From the NCBI RefSeq assembly GCF_053078305.1, contig NZ_CP166879.1: a stretch of 64,000 nt of DNA. One strand, written 5' to 3'. The notes beneath the pieces were generated by a model. It did no database searches and had not been told where the DNA came from. It was given only the letters and a program-made list of their open reading frames with translations. Each line of letters opens with the position of its first letter. Within the stretch, counting starts at the first letter, position 1. This document shows positions 1-10,605 of the stretch, piece after piece. The position numbers and the translations under genes were made by a program.

Positions 1-1909
1 TATGCTGGGATTCACCAGGCCAGGCGCGTATTAATGGCGTCAGTTTGCGGGCGGTGTCATCGTTACCAAGAACGCCTAACGCAGTGAACGCCCAACTCTC
101 TTTCGACGGTGCGCCCGCAGTCAACCAGGCGGTAAACAGATCCCAGGCAAATTCAGCCAGTGAGTCGGCGGTACAGGCATCTTTCACCTGCAATAATCCC
201 GGATACAGGGCCTCTTCCTGAGGGAAGCGGAGCATTTCACCGAGGTGCTGGAGTGCGCTATCTGGCAGTACCTTGCTGCTATTTTTGATTTTCGGGCGAG
301 TCCATAATGGAGGTTGATAAAACAACGGTAAAGGGGGGATTTTCGCCGGGTATTTACCCACAGGACTGTTGTCGTTATTTTTATTTTGAGTTTCCCAGGG
401 CGGCGAGACTAGTACCATTGGTAGAATTTCTGAGTTTGCAAAATCTTCATTGCGACTATTCAGCAATTGCTGACATTGTTGCAATAAATTTGCCGCTTGC
501 GACGATAATCCGATGACTAATTTTTCAACCAATAAAGGATTTGCATTAAGTAATGAAACCAGCAACGTATGTTTGCGTTTATCATCTTTTTTTACCAATG
601 CTTCGGCTAATGCCGCTATCGTGGCAGAAGGAAAATTTTCGGCACTTTTTATTAGTCGTTCATAACAGCGTTTATTAGTATCGGCGGCTTCGATGAGTGC
701 CGTAATGGCCAACGGATGATTAATACATTTCAGTACGTCACCGCAATTATCTTCTTCAGCATAGGGAGCCAGGCGAGCCAGTGCCGCTATACCTTGCTCC
801 CGTAATACCGTAGCTGACCAACTGGCACCATAGGTGTTAAATACATCAATGTATTGATAGTTCTCCAGTATTTCGAGCGTGAATGGATCTGTCGCTACCA
901 GTTTCAACATTTCAAGTTGTGGAACATCTGCGACCTGGTGTAAACGATGTACGATCTCATGGGCCACTTCGGGTATTTCTGGCATTAAAATGGCAATTAA
1001 CGGTTGGCGAAAGAGTGATATATCTGGTAACGCAACGAGTAATTTTGCAATGCAATTTTGCCATACTTCTTCTTCTGCTAGTGATAAATGTTTACGCAGA
1101 CGTAAACTAAATTTGTCGTTATTCCTTCTATAACTGTCCTTGCTGCTATCTGCATAATTAATAAAGAAAGTCAAAAGTTCATCTTTATAGTCAAAATCGA
1201 AATCAATTTGCCACCAGAAGATGACAGTTTCAGTTGCGTATTCGATACCGAAGGTGCTTACAATTTCATCCAGCAACTCGGATGAGGTTTCATCATTCCA
1301 GCCCTGACAAAAACATATTTCCAGAAAAGTAAGTACCGCCATAGTACGCGCGGGTATCTCAGTCTTTTGGGCCTTAATTAAGCTGATTGCCTGGCTAATC
1401 GCATCAGCCCATTCATCAGAGCATGAGCTGTAATCGAAAGTCAGATTTTTATAATAATGATAAGTACGATTTGCCAATCGGGAAATTAAATTTTGTTTCT
1501 CGGGTTTGGTTGGTTTTTTTACTGGCTCTCCCGGCCAAAGGCGGTGGCTGAGGGCATGGCGGGCAATATTCGGGGGAAGAATAATGGGATCGTTGTCTGC
1601 CAGCCAGGGTAAACCATTAGTTGCTGCCTGGCGATTTATTGAGGCTTTTTCCTCTGTGACCAGGACTTTCTTTGCTGAGGCATCATGTGAGTGAGCGTTA
1701 GCGTCTACTTGCTCCACATACCCCTTCTTCACCTTCTCCGCAATCAGCTTCAGTTCCGCTTTTTCTGCCGCCGCAGCATCAGCAAAGCTTTTTACCTGAC
1801 TTTGCCCGTTAGTGCCGACTTTGCCCCAGTTGATATGCAGCTCGTTTCTCTGCTGCTCCACCGCCCAGAATTTATGTGATTTTTCGTCCTGATAAATATA
1901 GGTTTTCAT
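1..1909 (-). CDS. yehI: Large WGR-domain protein, N-terminal part only (gene runs off the window start); paralog of molR
   Basis: ATG at 1909 on the minus strand; translation begins MKTYIYQDEKSHKFWAVEQQRNELHINWGKVGT, a WGR-type motif. Open frame continues to position 1 with no stop. Nucleotide sequence is near-identical to the 5' end of the adjacent molR. Confidence 0.7.
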   Translation of the reverse strand, partial: MKTYIYQDEKSHKFWAVEQQRNELHINWGKVGTNGQSQVKSFADAAAAEKAELKLIAEKVKKGYVEQVDANAHSHDASAKKVLVTEEKASINRQAATNGLPWLADNDPIILPPNIARHALSHRLWPGEPVKKPTKPEKQNLISRLANRTYHYYKNLTFDYSSCSDEWADAISQAISLIKAQKTEIPARTMAVLTFLEICFCQGWNDETSSELLDEIVSTFGIEYATETVIFWWQIDFDFDYKDELLTFFINYADSSKDSYRRNNDKFSLRLRKHLSLAEEEVWQNCIAKLLVALPDISLFRQPLIAILMPEIPEVAHEIVHRLHQVADVPQLEMLKLVATDPFTLEILENYQYIDVFNTYGASWSATVLREQGIAALARLAPYAEEDNCGDVLKCINHPLAITALIEAADTNKRCYERLIKSAENFPSATIAALAEALVKKDDKRKHTLLVSLLNANPLLVEKLVIGLSSQAANLLQQCQQLLNSRNEDFANSEILPMVLVSPPWETQNKNNDNSPVGKYPAKIPPLPLFYQPPLWTRPKIKNSSKVLPDSALQHLGEMLRFPQEEALYPGLLQVKDACTADSLAEFAWDLFTAWLTAGAPSKESWAFTALGVLGNDDTARKLTPLIRAWPGESQH

Positions 1910-1921
1910 TGCTAAATCCTT

Positions 1922-4900
1922 TTAATCAAACAGTGATTCAATGTCGTTAATCAGCTCGCTGGCGGTGATGTCGTCGAGCACGGAGAAAGTGGGTGAGGAT
2001 TGTTTACCATAGCGATCATAAGGGGCGGTGATTTTTACGCTTTCGACAGGCAGCAGGTCGCTATACCCCGTTTCGCCATAAATTAATGAAAAAGGTTCTG
2101 TTTCAAGTTCGAGAGCACCATAAGGGGTAGATTTGCGCATCGCATAGACGCTGCCGCTTTCTTCCAGACGTTGCCAGCCTCTGCGTTCCAGCCCGACAAT
2201 GCGTCCGGCCTGGCAAAGCCGTCCTTGCCAGCGTGTCAGTTCGTGAGTATTACGTTCATTGTCAGCAAGGTGATAGCTACCTCGCTCGAGCTGTTGGAAA
2301 GGGGGAAGCAGTTCGTAATCAACGTAAATTTGCCTGAATGCAGCGGCGGATTCAGGGGGGATTTCCAGCACATGCGGTATACCGATGTTTCCTGCTGGCA
2401 GCGTGAATAACTCATCCTGCGCATCGCTGTAAGTGCTGTCTTCTGCCACGCGAAAACAGGTGATAAGGGCGTTTTCATCGTTATAAACCCCCCATAACAG
2501 CCGTCGGGTTAAGTGACGTACCAGCGGATGCTCCACCAGAAACAGGCGGAACTGCTCTGCCGTCCATCGTCTGCGCTGGCACATAGCCTGTTCCAGACGG
2601 GTAATTTGCTGGCTGGCGATAGCACGAACATCTTTTTTCAACTGTTTGAAGAGATTAACCGCGTCAGTTGCCTGATTTTTTTCATCGCTCTGGTTTGGTT
2701 TGGGCAAATCTTTCAGGACTTTGCCGTTTGCGTCGCGCACTACAGGTTTTAAAGTTTCGTCAAAACCAACGGTAAATTGACGTGGGCCGAAATCCAGTGT
2801 CAGCGAGCCACTGCTATCAAGCCCTAAATCCGGTGCCAGGCGATCTTCCAGTTCGGCCATAGTCAGCCCACGGTTTTCAGCGACCATATTGATTCTGTCG
2901 CTGGCATGTTCCTGTAATGCAACGAATTTAATCTTTTGCGCAATGCCATTAAGCAACATAAGCGCAATGTCGCTACCGATACTGGCTAACACATCCAGCC
3001 CGTACACCGCCCGTTTATGCTGGGATTCCCCAGGCCAGGCGCGGATAAGCGGGGTTAATTTACGCGCGGTGTCGTCATTGCCTAAAATCCCAAGCGAAGT
3101 AAATGCCCAGTTTTCTTTTGCGGGTGCGCCAGCTTCTGTCCAGGCGGTATACAGATCCCAGCCAAATTCAGCCAGTGATTTGCGGGTGAAGATTTCTCTA
3201 ATGATATCCAGCCCAGCGTAGGCGGTAATGTCGCGAGGAAAGCTCAGCATAGTGCCGAGGTGGCGCATAGCGTCATCTGACAGAGGCAGGTTGTTACTTT
3301 TAAGCCGAGGTCTGCGCCACAAGGTGAACTGATAAAAGCCGGACAGTGGGGCGATTTTAGCGGGATATTCTTCCAGTGGGTCGCTATCGAACAATGTTGC
3401 CAGCGCAGCTAAAACATCAGGTTGATTATATCCTTGCGCGATTTCCTCAATCGTTTCTCGCTGGTTTAAATTCACCAGCAGACGAAGCGCCTGGTGGGCA
3501 CAATCACGATCTTTTCCTTTTTTGCCCAGGGCCACAGGAAGTAGCCCGGCGGCGGCATGGCGTGGATAATCAGTTAGCCAGTTTCGCGCATCTTCATAAG
3601 ACATTTTTTTCTGTAATTGTTGCGCCATCGGTAAGGCCAGTTCACTGACACCGAGGAAAAAGGGGAAGAAGCACAGACGTCGTGGATCACGTTGCAGGCA
3701 GGCCATAAATGCAGGTATGGCGGCGCTACCAAAAATTGCCAGAATATTTCCCTCACCAGAGTAGTTATCTTCTTTGACTATCTGGTTAAGAAAAGAAATG
3801 GCCTGTTGACCAGGCAGGTAACAGAGGGCAATGAGATTCCAGCTTTTGTATGCATTGTTATGATATTGCACAAATTCAGCATTGAGTGCTGGAAAATCGA
3901 AGCGTAGCAGGGCATCAACGGCGCTTTGTGGCGCCGGAATTTTTTCGTATATTTTTTCTCCGCTTTCCCGCCATTTTTCAAAACCAAGATGCCACAGTAT
4001 TTGTTGCTCCGGTGTAAGCGGTATTAAGTGTTTCTCCCAGCTTGCTTTTTTGATCGGCGGCAGGTCGGTAAACAATGTTTGTTTTGTCGCCTGCTGTTGG
4101 GCTATTTGCTGGAAGTGGGTGACAAGGTAAGTACGGGTCAGTTTTTTGGTAATCTCTGGAGTGACATCAGAAACAGAAGGAACTGGAAGCACTGGAAGAT
4201 CAAACACAGGCGTATTTTTCTTTTTCTCTTTGGTCATCCAGGGCGGCGAAACAAGCAGCTCCGGCAACATATCCACAGTGGCATATTCACATTCTTCAGC
4301 TACTGGCTGCGGACGACATTCAGATAAGATGCCAGCGGCTTTGGCGTTAACCCAGGGAATAACGTCAGTGACTAACTCTGGCGTAGCGGTAATCAGTTTG
4401 ACAAGCGCTTTACGCCACTCTTTATCTTCATGTATTGCCAGCAAAGTAGCATAAGCCGCAATAGCCGCAGCGGGATGCTTTTGACTGGCCTTGCTTAAGT
4501 ATTCCAGGTGCTTTTTCTTACCAATTACACCGAGGATCAGAATTTGAATCGCATCCGGGTGATTCGTTTTCCATAGCCATTTGACAAGATTTTCAGTCTC
4601 GCTGATGCGTTCGAAGAGATAAGTGGGATTGTCAGAATGGTCTTCCGTAAACTCAAGAAGTATCCGGCTTACACCGCGCACCCCATTATTTGCCAACAAC
4701 ATTGCCAGATAAGCGCGAAAATTACGAAAATCACGATACAACGGTGGGAAGTCGTATTTTTCCACTGTACTCAGAGCAGTATCATCGGTTATCACCAGTC
4801 TTAACCAGGTCATCGCCGGGACGTTTTGATCTGCATAGCGTAGAGCTATAGCATGGGCGATATCCGGGCGTTCAGGGAGCAGTAACGCCGCAAAAGGTTG

Positions 4901-5731
4901 CCGTGCGGGGGATAGCGTCGGAATGGCGGTGAGTACTTTATCTACACAGCGTTGCCACTCATCTTCTGAAGCGAGTGAAAGATGATGACATAGACGTTGA
5001 TGCCAACTCGGCAGCGATTCTGCTTTGTGATTAGGTGGAATGATGGTGGTTACTGCGCCTTTTACTGGTTTATATTTGAGTTGAAGGGCAAAAAGGACGA
5101 TTTCAACGGCGCTTTCCAGACCACAGCGAATGACTAAGTCATCGACCAGTTCATCTGCAGAGTAAGAGTTCCAAAAACTCCAGAGCAATGCTGCATCAGA
5201 TTGCGCACTCCCTGTCTGTTGATTATCCAGAATTCGCCTTTGTAACTCAGCAAAAGCCTGCTGCCAGTTTTCTGGATAAGTGCGGTAATTGTTGTCGGGA
5301 TCATATGCCCTGGTGTTATCTGCAATACGCTTCCATATCTCACCGTCTTTGCGCAGATAATTGATCTCTCTGGGGCGAGAGCGATGAGGAAAAGCAAATC
5401 GGTTAATATCGTCAGTTACCGGAATAACTGCATCATCAGCCAGCCACGGGCGTTGGTTTTTACTCTCAGGGGAAGTTTCAACTTCAGGAGTGGCTTTGGT
5501 GATGGGGGGGATATGCACGTTTGCTGAAGCATTTTCCACATAGCCTTTTTTCGTTTTCTCCGCGATAAGCTTCAGTTTCGCTTTTTCCGCTGCTGCAACA
5601 TCAGCAAAATTTTTTACCTGGCTTTGCCCTTGGGTGCCAACTTTTCCCCAACTGATATGCAACTCGTTTCCCTGTTGCTCCACCGCCCAGAATTTATGTG
5701 ATTTTTCGTCCTGATAGATAAAGTGTCTCAT
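1922..5731 (-). CDS. molR: Large WGR-domain protein (molybdate metabolism regulator family), intact, 1269 aa
   Basis: Uninterrupted 1269-aa ORF next to metG. N-terminus MRHFIYQDEKSHKFWAVEQQGNELHISWGKVG is a WGR motif. Position matches the molR locus, which I recall as a fragmented pseudogene in K-12. Confidence 0.8.
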   Translation of the reverse strand: MRHFIYQDEKSHKFWAVEQQGNELHISWGKVGTQGQSQVKNFADVAAAEKAKLKLIAEKTKKGYVENASANVHIPPITKATPEVETSPESKNQRPWLADDAVIPVTDDINRFAFPHRSRPREINYLRKDGEIWKRIADNTRAYDPDNNYRTYPENWQQAFAELQRRILDNQQTGSAQSDAALLWSFWNSYSADELVDDLVIRCGLESAVEIVLFALQLKYKPVKGAVTTIIPPNHKAESLPSWHQRLCHHLSLASEDEWQRCVDKVLTAIPTLSPARQPFAALLLPERPDIAHAIALRYADQNVPAMTWLRLVITDDTALSTVEKYDFPPLYRDFRNFRAYLAMLLANNGVRGVSRILLEFTEDHSDNPTYLFERISETENLVKWLWKTNHPDAIQILILGVIGKKKHLEYLSKASQKHPAAAIAAYATLLAIHEDKEWRKALVKLITATPELVTDVIPWVNAKAAGILSECRPQPVAEECEYATVDMLPELLVSPPWMTKEKKKNTPVFDLPVLPVPSVSDVTPEITKKLTRTYLVTHFQQIAQQQATKQTLFTDLPPIKKASWEKHLIPLTPEQQILWHLGFEKWRESGEKIYEKIPAPQSAVDALLRFDFPALNAEFVQYHNNAYKSWNLIALCYLPGQQAISFLNQIVKEDNYSGEGNILAIFGSAAIPAFMACLQRDPRRLCFFPFFLGVSELALPMAQQLQKKMSYEDARNWLTDYPRHAAAGLLPVALGKKGKDRDCAHQALRLLVNLNQRETIEEIAQGYNQPDVLAALATLFDSDPLEEYPAKIAPLSGFYQFTLWRRPRLKSNNLPLSDDAMRHLGTMLSFPRDITAYAGLDIIREIFTRKSLAEFGWDLYTAWTEAGAPAKENWAFTSLGILGNDDTARKLTPLIRAWPGESQHKRAVYGLDVLASIGSDIALMLLNGIAQKIKFVALQEHASDRINMVAENRGLTMAELEDRLAPDLGLDSSGSLTLDFGPRQFTVGFDETLKPVVRDANGKVLKDLPKPNQSDEKNQATDAVNLFKQLKKDVRAIASQQITRLEQAMCQRRRWTAEQFRLFLVEHPLVRHLTRRLLWGVYNDENALITCFRVAEDSTYSDAQDELFTLPAGNIGIPHVLEIPPESAAAFRQIYVDYELLPPFQQLERGSYHLADNERNTHELTRWQGRLCQAGRIVGLERRGWQRLEESGSVYAMRKSTPYGALELETEPFSLIYGETGYSDLLPVESVKITAPYDRYGKQSSPTFSVLDDITASELINDIESLFD

Positions 5732-5830
5732 TCTGCATCCCTGTAATTTTATCCAGTTGAATGCAGATGCTACCAGTATTTATGCGGGTTAGAGAGAGAC
5801 AAAATCGCAAGAAAACAACTTTAGGAATAT

Positions 5831-5862
5831 ATAAAGAAAAGGCGCTGTCGATGCAGCGCCTT
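5831..5862 (-). terminator. Probable intrinsic terminator downstream of metG
   Basis: Inverted repeat ggcgctgtcgatgcagcgcc (5841-5860) followed on the minus strand by a T-rich run. Confidence 0.5.
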
Positions 5863-5871
5863 GAAGGGGGA

Positions 5872-7905
5872 TTATTTCACCTGATGACCCGGTTTAGCAC
5901 CGGCATCCGGGCTTAGCAGGAAAATATCTTTCCCGCCAGGACCGGCAGCCATCACCATGCCTTCAGAGATACCGAAGCGCATTTTACGTGGTGCCAGGTT
6001 AGCCACCATAATGGTGTGACGACCAATCAGTGCCTGCGGATCTGGGTAAGCAGAACGAATGCCGGAGAAGACATTGCGTTTTTCACCGCCGAGATCCAGC
6101 GTCAGGCGTAGCAGTTTGTCAGAACCTTCAACAAACTCTGCGTTTTCAATCAGCGCCACGCGCAGGTCAACTTTGGCGAAGTCGTCAAAGGTGATGGTTT
6201 CCTGAATCGGATCATCTGCCAGTGGGCCAGTAACTGGCGCGGCAGCTGCTTTCACTTCTTCTTTAGACGCTTCCACCAGTGCTTCAACCTGCTTCATATC
6301 TATGCGGTTATACAGCGCCTTGAACGGATTCACTTTATGGCCCAGCAGCGGTTGCTGGATACCATCCCAGGTCAGTTCTGTATTGAGGAATGCTTCTGCA
6401 CGTTCAGTCAGTTTCGGCAGTACCGGTTTCAGGTAGGTCATCAGCACGCGGAACAGGTTGATGCCCATCGAGCAAATTGCCTGCAGGTCGGCATCGCGGC
6501 CTTCCTGTTTCGCCACCACCCACGGAGCCTGTTCATCGACATAGCGGTTAGCCAGATCAGCCAGCGCCATGATTTCGCGCACTGCTTTACCAAATTCGCG
6601 GCTTTCCCACGCTTCACCAATCACTTCAGCGGCATCAGTGAAGGTTTTGTACAACTGCGGGTCAGCCAGTTCGCTTGCCAGCACACCGTCAAAACGCTTG
6701 TTGATAAAGCCCGCATTACGAGAGGCCAGGTTAACCACTTTGTTAACGATATCGGCATTCACGCGCTGAACGAAATCTTCCAGGTTGAGATCGATATCAT
6801 CAATGCGCGAAGAGAGTTTCGCAGTGTAGTAGTAACGCAGGCTGTCGGCGTCAAAATGATTCAGCCAGGTGCTGGCTTTAATAAAGGTACCGCGAGACTT
6901 GGACATCTTCGCGCCGTTCACCGTCACATAGCCGTGAACAAACAGGTTGGTCGGCTTGCGGAAGTTGCTACCTTCCAGCATTGCTGGCCAGAACAGGCTG
7001 TGGAAGTAAACGATATCTTTACCGATGAAGTGGTACAGCTCGGCGGTGGAGTCTTTCTTCCAGTATTCATCGAAGCTTACGCTATCGCCGCGCTTGTCGC
7101 ACAGATTCTTGAAAGAACCCATGTAGCCAATCGGTGCGTCCAGCCAGACGTAGAAATATTTGCCCGGCGCGTTCGGAATTTCAAAACCGAAGTACGGTGC
7201 GTCGCGGGATATATCCCACTGTTGCAGGCCAGATTCAAACCACTCCTGCATTTTGTTTGCCACCTGCTCCTGCAACGCACCGCTGCGGGTCCATGCCTGC
7301 AACATTTCGCTGAAAGAGGGCAGATCAAAGAAGAAGTGTTCAGAATCACGCATTACCGGGGTAGCGCCAGAAACCACCGATTTCGGCTCGATCAGTTCAG
7401 TCGGGCTGTAGGTCGCGCCGCAGACTTCGCAGTTATCGCCGTATTGATCCGGGGATTTACATTTCGGGCAGGTGCCTTTCACAAAACGGTCCGGCAGGAA
7501 CATGCCTTTTTCCGGATCGTACAGCTGAGAGATGGTGCGGTTTTTAATAAAACCGTTTTCTTTCAAGCGAGTATAGATAAGCTCAGACAACTGGCGGTTC
7601 TCTTCGCTGTGCGTCGAGTGATAGTTGTCATAGCTGATGTTAAAGCCTGCGAAATCAGTCTGATGCTCCTGACTCATTTCGCCAATCATCTGCTCCGGGG
7701 TGATACCAAGCTGCTGAGCTTTCAGCATGATCGGTGTACCGTGGGCATCGTCGGCGCAGATGAAGTTGACCTCGTGGCCGCGCATTCGCTGGTAACGGAC
7801 CCAGACATCAGCCTGGATGTGCTCCAGCATATGGCCGAGGTGGATTGAGCCGTTAGCGTACGGCAGTGCGCACGTCACCAGAATTTTCTTCGCGACTTGA
7901 GTCAT
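5872..7905 (-). CDS. metG: Methionine--tRNA ligase
   Basis: ORF translation contains [26 protein letters not shown] (HIGH-type motif) and KMSKS (in ...[10 protein letters not shown]...). Start taken at the MTQ methionine, 3 codons inside the track ORF. Confidence 0.95.
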   Translation of the reverse strand: MTQVAKKILVTCALPYANGSIHLGHMLEHIQADVWVRYQRMRGHEVNFICADDAHGTPIMLKAQQLGITPEQMIGEMSQEHQTDFAGFNISYDNYHSTHSEENRQLSELIYTRLKENGFIKNRTISQLYDPEKGMFLPDRFVKGTCPKCKSPDQYGDNCEVCGATYSPTELIEPKSVVSGATPVMRDSEHFFFDLPSFSEMLQAWTRSGALQEQVANKMQEWFESGLQQWDISRDAPYFGFEIPNAPGKYFYVWLDAPIGYMGSFKNLCDKRGDSVSFDEYWKKDSTAELYHFIGKDIVYFHSLFWPAMLEGSNFRKPTNLFVHGYVTVNGAKMSKSRGTFIKASTWLNHFDADSLRYYYTAKLSSRIDDIDLNLEDFVQRVNADIVNKVVNLASRNAGFINKRFDGVLASELADPQLYKTFTDAAEVIGEAWESREFGKAVREIMALADLANRYVDEQAPWVVAKQEGRDADLQAICSMGINLFRVLMTYLKPVLPKLTERAEAFLNTELTWDGIQQPLLGHKVNPFKALYNRIDMKQVEALVEASKEEVKAAAAPVTGPLADDPIQETITFDDFAKVDLRVALIENAEFVEGSDKLLRLTLDLGGEKRNVFSGIRSAYPDPQALIGRHTIMVANLAPRKMRFGISEGMVMAAGPGGKDIFLLSPDAGAKPGHQVK

Positions 7906-8036
7906 AGTAGGCATTACTTCTTAATAGTGAAAAGGGGTTAGATAGTACCAAATGGGAAAATGTTAAGTAAGTACTTCTCTATATTCTTCAGGTAAACTAT
8001 CAGCTGATGGTTTATCTATACAAAAAAGGAGTCGGG

Positions 8037-9146
8037 ATGAACGAACAATCCCAGGCCAAATCACCAGAAGCCTTGCGCGCAATGGTCGCCGGGACACTGG
8101 CCAATTTTCAGCACCCAACCCTGAAGCATAACCTCACCACGCTGAAAGCGTTGCACCATGTCGCCTGGATGGACGACACGTTGCATGTGGAACTGGTTAT
8201 GCCATTCGTCTGGCATAGCGCGTTTGAAGAGTTAAAAGAGCAATGTAGCGCCGAACTGCTGCGTATCACCGGGGCGAAAGCTATCGACTGGAAACTGTCG
8301 CACAATATCGCCACCTTAAAACGCGTGAAGAATCAGCCGGGTATTAATGGCGTGAAGAACATCATTGCGGTCAGTTCCGGTAAAGGCGGCGTGGGTAAAT
8401 CCTCCACGGCGGTAAACCTGGCGCTGGCACTGGCGGCGGAAGGGGCGAAAGTCGGCATTCTGGACGCCGATATCTACGGCCCATCAATTCCCACCATGCT
8501 GGGCGCAGAAAATCAGCGTCCAACTTCGCCGGACGGTACCCATATGGCACCGATTATGTCTCATGGCCTGGCAACCAATTCAATTGGTTATCTGGTCACT
8601 GACGACAATGCGATGGTGTGGCGTGGACCGATGGCGAGCAAGGCGTTAATGCAGATGTTGCAGGAAACCTTGTGGCCGGATCTCGACTATCTGGTGCTTG
8701 ATATGCCGCCAGGCACCGGTGACATTCAATTGACGCTGGCGCAAAACATTCCAGTAACTGGTGCAGTCGTGGTCACCACCCCGCAGGACATCGCGTTGAT
8801 CGATGCGAAAAAAGGCATTGTGATGTTCGAGAAAGTCGAGGTTCCGGTGCTCGGTATTGTCGAGAACATGAGTGTGCATATTTGCAGTAACTGTGGTCAC
8901 CATGAACCGATTTTCGGTACCGGTGGTGCAGAGAAACTGGCTGAAAAATACCATACACAGCTGCTGGGGCAGATGCCGTTACACATCTCCTTACGTGAGG
9001 ATCTCGATAAAGGCACGCCAACGGTTATCAGCCGTCCGGAGAGCGAATTTACCGCTATCTACCGCCAGCTGGCTGACCGCGTTGCAGCTCAGCTCTACTG
9101 GCAGGGTGAAGTCATTCCAGGCGAGATTTCCTTCCGCGCGGTCTAA
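8037..9146 (+). CDS. mrp: Fe-S cluster carrier ATPase Mrp/ApbC
   Basis: Translation has the P-loop SGKGGVGKSST and a CxxC motif (CSNCGHHE). Divergent from metG as in E. coli. Start taken at MNEQSQAKSPE. Confidence 0.92.
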   Translation: MNEQSQAKSPEALRAMVAGTLANFQHPTLKHNLTTLKALHHVAWMDDTLHVELVMPFVWHSAFEELKEQCSAELLRITGAKAIDWKLSHNIATLKRVKNQPGINGVKNIIAVSSGKGGVGKSSTAVNLALALAAEGAKVGILDADIYGPSIPTMLGAENQRPTSPDGTHMAPIMSHGLATNSIGYLVTDDNAMVWRGPMASKALMQMLQETLWPDLDYLVLDMPPGTGDIQLTLAQNIPVTGAVVVTTPQDIALIDAKKGIVMFEKVEVPVLGIVENMSVHICSNCGHHEPIFGTGGAEKLAEKYHTQLLGQMPLHISLREDLDKGTPTVISRPESEFTAIYRQLADRVAAQLYWQGEVIPGEISFRAV

Positions 9147-9176
9147 CGCCTATTAACCATTCTGGTTATTCTTCAT

Positions 9177-9217
9177 ACACCGCAGAGATGTTACATTGAT
9201 GCGGTGTATTTGTTTTT
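9177..9217 (+). terminator. Probable intrinsic terminator after mrp
   Basis: Hairpin acaccgcag...ctgcggtgt followed by atttgttttt. Confidence 0.5.
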
Positions 9218-9407
9218 GCCGCATTAATGAACACTTATTTAATACTGCGAATATTCTGCGGACCTTCGTCCGAAACTCTACAAAGTCGATTGATCGTACA
9301 GGCAATGCTTCATTATCATCCTTCGTGCTGTGTAGTGGATGTACAGCTATAGTTTGTTATGCACTCATTCTATCCAGGCATAACCTTTACTACAGGGATA
9401 ACGTTCA

Positions 9408-9689
9408 ATGAATAAGTATTGGCTGTCAGGAATTATTTTTCTTGCCTATGGATTGGCTTCTCCCGCGTTCTCTTCAGAGACTGCCACATTAACGATTAAT
9501 GGCAGGATCAGTCCCCCAACATGCAGTATGGCTATGGTTAATAGTCAACCTCAACAGCATTGTGGTCAGTTAACGTATAATGTCGATACCCGTCATCAGG
9601 TTTCTTCGCCCGTCAAAGGTGTAACGACAGAAGTGGTTGTTGCAGGTAGTGATAGCAAACGTCGAATCGTGTTAAATCGCTACGATTAA
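9408..9689 (+). CDS. yehE: Small secreted protein at the head of the yeh fimbrial locus
   Basis: 93-aa ORF with an N-terminal signal-peptide-like stretch MNKYWLSGIIFLAYGLASPAFS; sits between mrp and yehD as in E. coli. Confidence 0.7.
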   Translation: MNKYWLSGIIFLAYGLASPAFSSETATLTINGRISPPTCSMAMVNSQPQQHCGQLTYNVDTRHQVSSPVKGVTTEVVVAGSDSKRRIVLNRYD

Positions 9690-9719
9690 TTTGGCAACCT
9701 GATTTTAATTGCATTTAGA

Positions 9720-9759
9720 AAGCCGAAATCATTTATATAAATGATTTCGGCTTTTTTTA
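9720..9759 (+). terminator. Probable intrinsic terminator after yehE
   Basis: Long hairpin aagccgaaatcatttatataaatgatttcggctt followed by ttttttt. Confidence 0.5.
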
Positions 9760-9982
9760 TTGATATCAACAATACCATTTACATAAATCTACATTAATTA
9801 ATAGATGCGATAAATATTTAATACTCTTAAGTATTTGTTGTATTTATATTGCAATGGTTAATTTGTTTTAAATCAATAAAACAATATGTTTACATTGCGG
9901 CAACTTTTTTGATGTGAGAAATTTGTTTCCAAGAGATACAGACTCTTAACAACCAAAAATAAATTTTATTAAGGAACATATT

Positions 9983-10525
9983 ATGAAACGTTCAATTATT
10001 GCTGCCGCTGTCTTTTCTTCTTTTTTTATGAGCGCTGGAGTATTTGCTGCAGACGTTGATGCCGGAACATTAACTATTAAAGGGAATATTGCAGAATCTC
10101 CGTGTAAATTCGAAGCGGGTGGTGATTCAGTAAGTATTAATATGCCGACTGTACCAACCACTGTCTTTGAAGGTAAAGCTAAATATTCTACCTATGATGA
10201 TGCAGTCGGTGTAACCAGCAGCATGTTAAAAATTAGCTGCCCGAAAGAAGTTGCTGGTGTAAAACTCTCGTTGATTACCAACGATAAAATAACTGGTAAC
10301 GATAAGGCGATAGCCAGTAGCAACGATACTGTGGGTTACTATCTCTATTTAGGTGATAACAGCGATGTCCTGGATGTTTCTGCACCTTTTAATATTGAGA
10401 GTTATAAAACAGCGGAAGGTCAATATGCTATTCCGTTTAAAGCAAAATACCTGAAACTGACAGATAACTCAGTGCAATCAGGTGATGTGTTATCTTCTCT
10501 GGTTATGCGTGTGGCGCAGGATTAA
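9983..10525 (+). CDS. yehD: Fimbrial major subunit (chaperone-usher pathway)
   Basis: 180 aa with signal peptide MKRSIIAAAVFSSFFMSAGVFA and a fimbrial-subunit-like C-terminus; first gene of a subunit–chaperone–usher–adhesin set. Confidence 0.85.
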   Translation: MKRSIIAAAVFSSFFMSAGVFAADVDAGTLTIKGNIAESPCKFEAGGDSVSINMPTVPTTVFEGKAKYSTYDDAVGVTSSMLKISCPKEVAGVKLSLITNDKITGNDKAIASSNDTVGYYLYLGDNSDVLDVSAPFNIESYKTAEGQYAIPFKAKYLKLTDNSVQSGDVLSSLVMRVAQD

Positions 10526-10562
10526 TAAATAAAATTGCAAGTTTCTCTAGGTAATAAACATG

Positions 10563-10588
10563 GCCGCTATCCCCATGGCGGCTTTTTA
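10563..10588 (+). terminator. Hairpin between major subunit and chaperone genes (possible attenuator)
   Basis: gccgctatccccatggcggc followed by ttttt. Confidence 0.4.
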
Positions 10589-10605
10589 ATTTAAGAGGCA
10601 TTAAG

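Noticed and set aside
307-1879. Several 60-85-aa plus-strand ORFs at the window start
   Set aside because: All lie antisense to the continuous yehI reading frame on the minus strand.
6337-7848. 503-aa ORF on the plus strand
   Set aside because: Lies entirely antisense to metG, whose product has clear synthetase motifs; a shadow ORF in the opposite frame of a conserved gene.
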